From the NCBI GenBank assembly GCA_031266345.1, contig JAISBD010000009.1, positions 3,510 through 67,509 on the forward strand: a DNA stretch of 64,000 nucleotides, in the 5' to 3' direction. Positions 7,292-16,500 of the stretch are shown in pieces. Origin of the DNA: Puniceicoccales bacterium (GTDB lineage Bacteria > Verrucomicrobiota > Verrucomicrobiia > Opitutales > JAIRKQ01). The notes under the pieces were generated by a model. The model was not told the DNA's origin and made no database searches. It saw only the letters and a list, made by a program, of their open reading frames with translations. The position numbers and the translations under genes are program-made. Position 1 is the first letter of the stretch; every line of letters begins with the position of its first letter.

Positions 7292-9721
7292 GTGAAAAAG
7301 TTGGTGATTGCAGAAAAACCTAGTGTGGCAGCGGACTTGGCAAAGGTGCTTGGCAAGTTCCAAAAGACGGAAGTCTGCTACGAAAACGAGCAGTATGTCA
7401 TAAGCTGGGCAGTTGGGCACCTGGTCGAGTTGTTCATGCCGGAAGACATCGACCCGCAATTGAAGCGCTGGACGCTCCAAAGCTTGCCCATAATACCGAA
7501 AAAATTCGGCACAAAACCCATCGAAAAAACAAAAAAGCGGCTCAATGAACTGAAATCGCTCCTGAAGCGCAGCGATGTGGATGAGCTCGTAAATGCCTGC
7601 GATGCGGGGCGGGAAGGGGAGCTGATCTTTACCTACATTTACGAGTTGTGTAAGTGTAAAAAGCCATTCAAGCGCCTATGGCTGTCATCGATGACGCCCA
7701 CCGGCATCCAGGAGGCTTTCCAGCATTTGCGCCTGGGCGATGAGATGCAAAATTTACAGGATGCGGCGAAGTGTCGTTCGGAGGCGGATTGGCTAGTCGG
7801 AATCAACGGCACCCGTGCCATCACGAAGCGCATGTTCTCCGCACGCGCAAACCAAATGGCGACCGTCGGCCGCGTGCAAACGCCAACTTTGGCCATGATT
7901 GTGAATCGCGACTGCGAAATCGCCAACTTCAAAGCAAAGAAATATTGGCGTCTGATCGGGGAATTTGAAATCGGGGAGGGGAAGTATCGGGGAATTTTTC
8001 AAAAATCCGAAAAAATCAGTGAAAAAGATCCCCATGACCGCATCGATCGCCTGTGGACGCGGGAGGCCGCCGACCAAATTTTAGCGGCGATCCGCGGTCA
8101 CGGACGTGCGGCGGTCAGTGAAAAAAACAGGCGCGCACTCCAGGCTCCGCCCCGCCTCTATGACCTTACCGCGCTGCAGCAGGAAGCAAATTCGCGCCAT
8201 AGCATGCCGGCCGCTATGACCCTAAAAATTGCCCAGTCCCTCTACGAGCGCCACAAATGCTTGACCTATCCGCGCACGGATTCCAAAGCCCTGCCCGAGG
8301 ACTACGGCCCGACTTGCTACGAAATTTTGCACAGCATCGGCGGGGAATGTGGAATTTTCGCCAAGCGTGTCAGCGAGCAAAAATGGGTCAATAGCAGCAA
8401 CAAAAAGATTTTTAATAATAAGCAAGTTAGCGACCATTTCGCCATAATTCCAACGACCCATTCCCCAAAAAATCTCTCCGAAGAGGAGGCAAAGATTTAT
8501 GGCATGGTTCTTCGCCGCTTCATCGCCGTGTTTTTCCCCGATGCCGCCTACGACGTCACCACACGCATGAGTACGATTGGCGGAGAGTATGCCTTCAAAA
8601 CGGAGGGGAAAGTACTCATCAAAGCGGGCTGGCTAGAGGTTTATGGCAAGGCGGATGTGGAGCAGGAATGCGCACTGCCGAAGCTCAGCAAGGGGGATAA
8701 TTTCGAAGCACGCGTCGTTGAAGTGCGCGCCGAAGAGGAGGAGACGCGGCCGCCCGCCCGCTTCAATGAAGCCACCCTGCTAGCGGCCATGGAGAGCGCC
8801 GGTAAGTTGTTGGATGATAACGAGCTCGCCGAGGCCATGAAGGAACGTGGCCTGGGCACGCCGGCGACACGGGCGCAAATTATCGACCACCTGCTGAACT
8901 TGCACTACCTGGAGCGCAACAAGCGGGAGTTGCATTCCACTAGCAAAGCCGAGGATCTGCTAAATTTTTTGCATGAGCTCGATATCGAGACGCTCGTCAA
9001 TCCCGCGCTGACCGGCGAGTGGGAATATAAACTTAGGCAGATGGAGGCGGGCACGTTTTCGCGCCAGACATTCATGGGGGAGATCGCCGACCTCACGCAA
9101 AAGATCGTGGACAAGGTGCGCAATTACAATGAGGCCGATATCGCACTCCAAGAATCGGCAATCACCTGCCCCTTGGATGGCAAACCACTGCTCGAAAATT
9201 TTCGCAACTATCGCACCCAGGATGGCACCCTGTCCCTGCCAAAATCCCTCTGCGGACGTAAATTTTCACCGGAGGAAATTGTGCAGCTAATTGCCGAAAG
9301 AAAACTTGGCCCGCTGGACGGCTTCAAATCCAAGCGTGGCTTGGAATTTTCGGCGACGATCGCACTGAATGAGGAGGGTAAGATAACCTTTGAGTTCGAA
9401 TCGAACGGCGAGTCGGTGGTGCCGATTTCCGCCGAGGAGATCGCCACCTACAAAGAGCTTTGCCAATGCCCCGTTTGCGGTGCATCGGTCCTGCTAGCAC
9501 CGGATGCCTACATCTGCAAAGATTACTTCGGTAAAAAGTGCAGCTTTCGCGTATCCAAGCGCATGCTAGGACGGGAGATAGATGGCGAGCAGTTCCTAAA
9601 ATTGATCCAGGAAAAATCCACGGATATGCTGGAAAACTTCAAATCAAAGAAGACCGGCAAGGCGTTCAACGCGCGCCTAATATTAAAATCTGGGGGCAAA
9701 ATTGGTTTCGCATTCAAATGA
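7292..9721 (+). CDS. topB: type IA DNA topoisomerase, topoisomerase III-like, with C-terminal zinc-ribbon-like Cys pairs
   Basis: The N-terminus MKKLVIAEKPSVAADLAKVLG is the Toprim start typical of TopB. Length is 809 aa. CPVCG and CxxxxxxxC motifs lie near the C-terminus. The start is GTG, preceded by GGAGGTG. Confidence 0.85.
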   Translation: MKKLVIAEKPSVAADLAKVLGKFQKTEVCYENEQYVISWAVGHLVELFMPEDIDPQLKRWTLQSLPIIPKKFGTKPIEKTKKRLNELKSLLKRSDVDELVNACDAGREGELIFTYIYELCKCKKPFKRLWLSSMTPTGIQEAFQHLRLGDEMQNLQDAAKCRSEADWLVGINGTRAITKRMFSARANQMATVGRVQTPTLAMIVNRDCEIANFKAKKYWRLIGEFEIGEGKYRGIFQKSEKISEKDPHDRIDRLWTREAADQILAAIRGHGRAAVSEKNRRALQAPPRLYDLTALQQEANSRHSMPAAMTLKIAQSLYERHKCLTYPRTDSKALPEDYGPTCYEILHSIGGECGIFAKRVSEQKWVNSSNKKIFNNKQVSDHFAIIPTTHSPKNLSEEEAKIYGMVLRRFIAVFFPDAAYDVTTRMSTIGGEYAFKTEGKVLIKAGWLEVYGKADVEQECALPKLSKGDNFEARVVEVRAEEEETRPPARFNEATLLAAMESAGKLLDDNELAEAMKERGLGTPATRAQIIDHLLNLHYLERNKRELHSTSKAEDLLNFLHELDIETLVNPALTGEWEYKLRQMEAGTFSRQTFMGEIADLTQKIVDKVRNYNEADIALQESAITCPLDGKPLLENFRNYRTQDGTLSLPKSLCGRKFSPEEIVQLIAERKLGPLDGFKSKRGLEFSATIALNEEGKITFEFESNGESVVPISAEEIATYKELCQCPVCGASVLLAPDAYICKDYFGKKCSFRVSKRMLGREIDGEQFLKLIQEKSTDMLENFKSKKTGKAFNARLILKSGGKIGFAFK

Positions 9722-9763
9722 CGCAGCAAATTTTGCGGCAACGGCTAAGCTCAAAGTTCCTAA

Positions 9764-10801
9764 CTAGAACTTCAGAGCAAGTTCCCTCATTACCGAGATT
9801 TGGTCATCGTAGTGGCTCGCCGCCCTGCCAATGGCGTCCATGAGAGCCAGCTGGATGTCGAATAGGCGATGCAAGGGGTAGCGCTCCACGGCGCCTAGAA
9901 GCTTGCTCAAGTACCACGGATTTTGGGAAAAAACGTTGCACGAATTTTTTTCGGACGCGTCGACGTTGAACATCTTGGACAAGTTATCCAGCTGAATCTT
10001 TGACAGCGACCTGCCCCGCTGGATTTTGCCGCTGTCCATGAGGGCGCGCAGCTGGACCATCAAGCGCGTGCGATTTTGCAAGGCAGTGATGAGCGGCCGA
10101 GCCTCGCCTGCGAAATAAAAATACCTTTCTATGGCGTCCAGCTTTTCATTCACGTTGGGCGAGTAAAAATTTTCAATCTGCTGGAAAAATTCGCCGCCGT
10201 GAGCCGGGTCAACGAGCAGGCTAACATCGGCGTAGGTTATCACATTCCGATCCCCACAGAGGTAAGTGGCCAATTTTTCCACCTCCAGCTGCATCAGGCG
10301 GGTATCAGTGCCGAGAAGATTTTGCAGCAGAGCGGCGGCATCGCCCGTGATTTTAACACCGTTTTCGGCGCACACTGCCCCAATAAATTCGTCAAAATTT
10401 TTATCACTTATATCGGCAACATCATGGCATTCAGCTAGTTGCGAAAATTCCTTAAATAATTTTGTGCGCCTATCAACGGGGCAGGCTGATAGTAAAACAA
10501 CGCCCCCTCCAAGGGTCTTTATCCTGTCGCGAAGCAGGTTTACGCTCCCCCGTGCTTCCTCCGTCTCCCCACCGCCGAAAAAATTAACACCCCGTACCCA
10601 AATATTGTTCGTCGGGGTAAACATTGGAACGGTGCTCAGTGACTCGCACAACTCACTTATAAACAGACGGATGTCGGATTTTTGCTCCCACGTGAAAATT
10701 TCACCACCGTCGCAGTATTTGTCATACAAAAGGCGCGCGCGACGATTTACTAAAAAATCGTCGCTACCATAAACAAACAATAACTTGCAGTTTACAGACA
10801 T
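9764..10801 (-). CDS. holA: DNA polymerase III delta subunit (HolA)
   Basis: 345 aa with an N-terminal LLFVYGSDDFLV pattern and overall delta-subunit-like helical organisation. It sits immediately downstream of ybaB. Confidence 0.6.
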   Translation of the reverse strand: MSVNCKLLFVYGSDDFLVNRRARLLYDKYCDGGEIFTWEQKSDIRLFISELCESLSTVPMFTPTNNIWVRGVNFFGGGETEEARGSVNLLRDRIKTLGGGVVLLSACPVDRRTKLFKEFSQLAECHDVADISDKNFDEFIGAVCAENGVKITGDAAALLQNLLGTDTRLMQLEVEKLATYLCGDRNVITYADVSLLVDPAHGGEFFQQIENFYSPNVNEKLDAIERYFYFAGEARPLITALQNRTRLMVQLRALMDSGKIQRGRSLSKIQLDNLSKMFNVDASEKNSCNVFSQNPWYLSKLLGAVERYPLHRLFDIQLALMDAIGRAASHYDDQISVMRELALKF

Positions 10802-10802
10802 T

Positions 10803-11081
10803 TTATTGCTGCTCGCGCAATTCAGCAGGCGTGATGTCGTTCATCTTCTTTGTGATGAAGTCTTTCATGTTGGCATTTGCCTCGTTTATCGCCGCCTCAA
10901 TGGCACCTGCAGATGTTCCCGATGGGAAATTTAAATCGGAAATAACCCCATCCCCATGCACGGTGAGCTTAATGCCGCTTTTGTCATATTTCTCGGTGTG
11001 CTGGGGGAGCTCCTTCTGCAACTTCTCCATCTCATCTTTCATTTTAGTCATGTTTTGTAGTAATTTCTCCATGTCTTCCAT
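10803..11081 (-). CDS. ybaB: YbaB/EbfC family nucleoid-associated protein
   Basis: Small protein with an MxKMxxxMxKLQKEL N-terminal helix followed by a beta segment. I moved the start to M14 of the track ORF (11081), just after the upstream stop at 11083. Confidence 0.6.
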   Translation of the reverse strand: MEDMEKLLQNMTKMKDEMEKLQKELPQHTEKYDKSGIKLTVHGDGVISDLNFPSGTSAGAIEAAINEANANMKDFITKKMNDITPAELREQQ

Positions 11082-11082
11082 A

Positions 11083-11733
11083 TTAGTCTCCTTTTTTAGT
11101 GTTATAAGGCGGGACAACAATCCCTCCAGAAATTATCATTTTTATCCCATCCCCCACACTCATGTCAAGCTCGATAACATCCTCCTGCGGCACCATCAAT
11201 AAAAAACCGCTAGTTGGATTGGGGGTTGTCGGGACGAAAACGTTCACAACGTGTTGATCGGTTTTATGTTGCACTTCTCCAGCGGTATCGCCGGTCAAAA
11301 ACCCAACGGCGTAGGTATCCCTATTCGGATACTTGACGAGTACGGTTTTATTGAACGCGGACATCTTGTTTTCACCGAACGTCTTAACGATTTGTTTCAA
11401 GCTATTGTAAATTGTTCTGATCAGCGGCACGCGGTTTATCAAACTTTCAGTCAAGTTGAATAAAAATTTACCAAGAAAGTATCTGGAAAGCCAGCCTATG
11501 ACGGTAATTAAAATGAATACGAACAGGGTGGAGAGGATATTTATAACCACGCCGGTGATGGCGGTGTTGCGCACACTTATGTCCAACCAGTAGAACAATA
11601 TGCGACTCGCCGGTTCACCGATGTAGTCGAGCATGAAGTTCACCACCACAATGGTTATGCTGATCGGAAGCAGGATGATCAAACCCGCTAAAAATGAATT
11701 TTTAAGAGATTTTAACATAGCACCAGAATACAT
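11083..11733 (-). CDS. DUF502 family membrane protein
   Basis: FLAGLIILLPISITIVVVNFMLDYIG matches the characteristic DUF502 N-terminal TM/LLP motif, and a second TM segment follows. The start is taken at an internal Met (MYSGAMLK) to avoid overlap with moxR; the exact start is uncertain. Confidence 0.65.
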   Translation of the reverse strand: MYSGAMLKSLKNSFLAGLIILLPISITIVVVNFMLDYIGEPASRILFYWLDISVRNTAITGVVINILSTLFVFILITVIGWLSRYFLGKFLFNLTESLINRVPLIRTIYNSLKQIVKTFGENKMSAFNKTVLVKYPNRDTYAVGFLTGDTAGEVQHKTDQHVVNVFVPTTPNPTSGFLLMVPQEDVIELDMSVGDGIKMIISGGIVVPPYNTKKGD

Positions 11734-11773
11734 ACCGTAGAACTCCTCAGGATAAATGCAATATTTTTTGCAA

Positions 11774-12766
11774 TCATGGGATGCGCACACTGTTTAAAAT
11801 TCTTTTCGCGACCTCCTCGCTCGTGAAACCATCGGCAATGCCGCGGTACGTCGGGATGATTCTATGGCGGAGGACGTCGAGGCCGATATCCTTAACATCC
11901 TGGGGCGTGACATACCCGCGTCCCTGCAAAAATGCCCATGCTCGGCTACACTTACTCAGCGCCAAGGTTGCCCGCGGAGAAGCACCGTTTTCCACGATGC
12001 CGTCGAGGCCAAACCTGTGCTCAGGATTGCGGGTACTGTGCACAATGTCCACGATGTACTCCATAACCCTTTCGTCGATGTATATCCTATCCACAATTTT
12101 TCTAGACTCCAAGATTTGCTCCACTGTGATGATGGGCCTAATTGCCACCGCGCCCGTGATTGATTGGTGGGTATGCAGGACGCGCAATTCCTCCAATTTG
12201 CTGGGATATTGCACGCGTAATTTCATAATGAAGCGGTCCACTTGGGATTCGGGAAGCTCATAGACACCGTCGTGGTCAATGGGATTTTTAGTGGCGAGGA
12301 CCATGAACGGATTTGGCAATTGAAAGCTGGTATCGCCGATGGTAACTTGCCCCTCCCCCATGCTTTCGATTAGGGCGCTTTGCACGCGTGCGGATGCGCG
12401 ATTGATTTCGTCGGCGAGCACGATATTGGCGAATATTGGGCCCTTCTTTGTGGAAAATTCCAGAGTTTTTTGATTAAAGATGAGGGAGCCTAAAATGTCT
12501 GCTGGGAGCAGGTCGACGGTGAATTGTATCCTCTTAAATTCGGCCTGAATTGTTTTTGCGAGGGCATTGACGGTCAAAGTTTTCCCGATGCCCGGGACGC
12601 CCTCGATCAGGATATGCCCATTGGTCAAGAGGCCGACGATGAAGCGGTCAATCATGTATCTCTGGCCGATGACGGCACGCCCGATTTCATCGCGCAGCAG
12701 GGATATCCAGTAGGAATGTTCGCGTACGGCCGCATTTATATCCTGCAAATCATTTACCATGGTCAC
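11774..12766 (-). CDS. MoxR-family AAA+ ATPase
   Basis: VIGQRYMIDRFIVGLLTNGHILIEGVPGIGKT (Walker A), LADEINRA (Walker B), 330 aa. Confidence 0.9.
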   Translation of the reverse strand: MTMVNDLQDINAAVREHSYWISLLRDEIGRAVIGQRYMIDRFIVGLLTNGHILIEGVPGIGKTLTVNALAKTIQAEFKRIQFTVDLLPADILGSLIFNQKTLEFSTKKGPIFANIVLADEINRASARVQSALIESMGEGQVTIGDTSFQLPNPFMVLATKNPIDHDGVYELPESQVDRFIMKLRVQYPSKLEELRVLHTHQSITGAVAIRPIITVEQILESRKIVDRIYIDERVMEYIVDIVHSTRNPEHRFGLDGIVENGASPRATLALSKCSRAWAFLQGRGYVTPQDVKDIGLDVLRHRIIPTYRGIADGFTSEEVAKRILNSVRIP

Positions 12767-13065
12767 ATAATATGAAAATTAATCGCTTTTGCAAGCAAAA
12801 GATTCAATTGGGACATGAACACGCCCTAATTCTAAGGCCTCCAGGTGGGAATGGGAAAAAACTGCACAGAAAAAAGCTAAAAGGGAAGGAAAAATATGGG
12901 GCAAATGCCACATGGTCGCACTAGAACGATGGGAGCAATGTGGAGAAGCATGCAAATCTCGAAGATGCAAGAACGGTAAAGAAAACATGGAAGGGATGGC
13001 AAAAAAACACCCAACCCTCCGATCCTTTCCAGGTGAATTGGGTATTGCCTGCCAATTGCTTATTT

Positions 13066-13455
13066 TTATCCCTGTGAATTTTGTAAAAATTCTTCGGGCA
13101 AGGGATTTCCTGCTCGAAAGCGTGCACCGTGGAGATTGTCAGCGGCATTATAAACATGGCGGATTATTTTCATGACCCTCGGATCATCGGTTACGCTACC
13201 AATCATCTCCCCAGGAAAATCTCGAAGCTCCTTGGGCGGTAAATATTTATCTAATATTTCCCGATCTTGCATGGACTTCCCACGCAGGGGCACTAAGCCA
13301 CTGTTAAATAGCACGGGGCCCACTTCGCCTACCCGAGCTACAGCACGCTGTGGCCCTTCTTGAGTGGAAAACTCCAGTCCCAATTCAACGCCCGGTGTTT
13401 GACTATCAACCCAAACGTAGGTCGCACTTGTAATTTTCATCTCGCTCATTTGCAC
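13066..13455 (-). CDS. hypothetical 127-129-aa protein encoded 60 nt downstream of the giant gene
   Basis: ORF in the track. An AAGGTG lies upstream of the internal ATG at 13449, so the start is either GTG 13455 or ATG 13449. No recognisable motif. Confidence 0.55.
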   Translation of the reverse strand: MQMSEMKITSATYVWVDSQTPGVELGLEFSTQEGPQRAVARVGEVGPVLFNSGLVPLRGKSMQDREILDKYLPPKELRDFPGEMIGSVTDDPRVMKIIRHVYNAADNLHGARFRAGNPLPEEFLQNSQG

Positions 13456-13515
13456 CTTTTTTTAACCATTTTCACGTTTGCATAAATTTTATGCGTTGGC
13501 AATATTAATTTTAAC

Positions 13516-16500
13516 TCAGAGACTAACTCCAAGCTTTTCCGCTTCATGCCGCCTTTTCTCCAAAATACTTTGAAAGCGATCATGCGTTCGCGGATCTGCA
13601 AGTATTTCGCGCGCTCTCCCAATTGTACTGTGCCCCGGCTCACTCGGTCCATACTGCTGCTCCATTGCAGGCAAGACTTCATCCCGCAAGTACTCCTCCT
13701 CGTCGAAATTTTTATCAACGACGACTTCCATCTCTGAAAACGGAATAACTACGAGTTCCTTTTGCAAATCCGAACAAAATTCATTGGTCAATACCGATGT
13801 CAGTATCGCATAGGCTGGTATTTTCCCATAGAGTGCGGCCTCTCCGTAGGGATACTCGCCCCCCACTGGGCTGACTAGAGCCCACGATTCCACTGGTAAG
13901 GCACGGTTCACATCATAGGTAATAGTTTCCCTAGCCGGTGTTTTTTCCAGTGCACCATGTCGACTTATCCCGGTCAAGGCTTCTCGGCGCACCCTGCGAA
14001 CGGCGAGTACGGTCGGAGGGGGACCTTGGTCGTGCCCTGGGAACGTGGCATGGCGGAGGAGTAACTGCGTATAGGCGTAGTTCAAGGGAAGAAATTTTTT
14101 GGCAATATTTGCCTCTTTAATATACGCATCATCAACATAGTCCCCGGCATCGGGGAATGAGCCTACGTCAATCGGCTGATTCAATACGCCATCTATGACG
14201 GCTTTCCTAACAGGTACCATTTCAGCCGTGGCCATCCATTTCCTCCACACACGCCAATGAGCATTTTTGGGGCCTGAGCCTTTCCTTTCTAAGTCTCCTC
14301 CTATTTTCAGAAGAGGGCTAATCGGTTCATCCGCTATATTTGACCTAAGCTCATCTTTTCCATCTAACCAATCAAAGAATTTTTGCCCACTTTTTCCCAC
14401 AACAGTTCTGCTTGCAGCATCAAACAATTTGCCAGTCCTTACCATATCAAACGCTCCGAGCATAACCCCAGTTTCGGGTTGTATTCCTTGGCCTAGGGCA
14501 TCGAAATCTCTTTGGTCAAAAATATCCCCCAATTCCATTTGCATGCTCGCTGCGGCAACGGAATATATAAAACTATCCTTCCCTTTGCCTTTGAGCCATT
14601 GGCAATTATCCAAAATTCCAGCCAACATTTCCGGTGATTTTGCATGCAATTGTTCAATTAATCCACTTAGCTCCGCAACTTCTTCTGGAGTTTCACATAT
14701 TCCCAAAGCATCGAATGCGGCAGTGAATTCCAGCAGTAATTTCGGCTTGGGAGAAGGTGTAGAGGAGGGTAGGGGAGAGAGCGTAGGTGGTGGTGTTTCA
14801 CCGAGCAAACCGACGGTTTTCGCCTCATTCCGAAATTCATCATAGCCAGTGAGCTTGCCATAATCATCATCTGTATTTTCAATCAACTTCTTCGCTTGTT
14901 CGGCTAATTTCTCCAAAGCTTCATTTACTTGCCCTTCGCTCACACCTTCACGCAGTGTTAGGATCCGTTCCTTAGTGATACTATCTTCTTGATTGGCATC
15001 TAAAAAAGATGTTCCAAACCTAACCCGCCCTACTCTAAAAGAGTCAAGTCGCTGAATCTCCAAGCAATCCGCTTCATGCAGCAGGATGGCAATTGGATCC
15101 TTACCCGCAGCGGGAGAATCTTTGCGCTCAATTGCACTGGCGCAGCGCTTCGCTTGCTCCTGAGAAAGACCCAAATTGCCCAACTCTCTTTCAGCATTTT
15201 GGGCACTCAAGGCATCGAAGATATCAACCTCTTCTCCCTGCCTCCCAGAATCATGGAAAGTCGCTGCAGCTATGGCTAATGCGATGTCATCATCGGACAT
15301 GTCCTCGAATTCTTTAAATAGCGTGCGATACACCCTTGCCACCGCTTCTGTGACCAAAGCAACGCGCGTGCAGTGGTTTACCCCATGAACTGAGGGAAAT
15401 TTCCCAGGGTTTGCCCCAATCATTTCACCTATAACTCCGCCCATCCTAGCTTTGATCTTATCCTCAGGCATTTTTTGTTCATCCAATCTTTGAAACTCTT
15501 GATAGCGCCTTTCTACTTTCTCTGCCCAAGTGGCCCGTGCCCCCTCCCTAAGGAGCTTAAACTGCTGTTCAGTTGTCAACTTAACCCACTTGGTTTTATT
15601 TCCATTATAAATAACCTCGATGTCCTCATATTCCGGAAGAGTTTTCCCATAGTATCTCGCAGCAATACCGTCACAGAGCGACCCAACGTTTATTGGCTGC
15701 CTCGAGGCAGATGGGACTAAAGTTCCGTTTTCCTGTACCTGGTACATGCCGGGCAGACGTCCTGCGGGATCGATAACTTGGGCACCAGTTTCTAATTTTT
15801 TAAGTTGTGCTCCGCCTACCCGTACCTGATATGCGCCGGGTGGCTGCCCCGGAGGATTGGTAACTATAGCCCCAGTCCTTAGTTTTTCAAATCGCGTCCC
15901 ATTTTCCTGCACCTGGTATAGGCCGGGCGACCGTCCCACAGGATCGGCAACTAGAGCATCGGCTTCTAGCTTTTCAAATTTAAATTGCGCTCCGTCTTCC
16001 TGCACCTGATATACGCCGGGTGGCTGCCCCACGGGACAGGCAACTATAGCTCCGATCTCTACTTTTTCAAATTTAAATTGCGTTCTGTCTTCCCGTACCT
16101 CTTCCCGTACCTGGTATAGGCCGGGCAACCGTCCCACAGGATTGGCAACTAGAGCATCGGCTTTTAGTTGTTCAAATTTAAATTGTGTCCCGTTTGCCTG
16201 CACCTGATATACGCCGGGTGGCTGCTCCGGGGGATTGTCAATCACAGTCCCAATCTCTAGTTTTTTAAGTGGCGCTCCATCTCCCTGCACCTGATATACG
16301 CCGGGCGGCTGCCCCCTGGGATTAGCAACCACAACCCCAACCTCCAGTTTTTTAAGTGGCGCCGGCGCCCAACCTCCCTGTACCTGATACATGCCGGGCG
16401 GTTGCCCCGCAGGGTTAGCAATCACAGCTCCAAACTCTAATTTTTTAAGTGGCGCTCCATCTTCCTGCACCTGATACATACCGGATGGCTGCCCCGCAGG

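Noticed and set aside
12767-13065. ORFs 12779-12988 (-) and 12912-13175 (+) between moxR and the small gene.
   Set aside because: They are short, mutually overlapping and compositionally odd (His/Cys/Ser-rich), with no RBS. The region is more likely the terminator and promoter spacer. A weak hairpin plus T7 tract on the minus strand lies at about 13001-13050.
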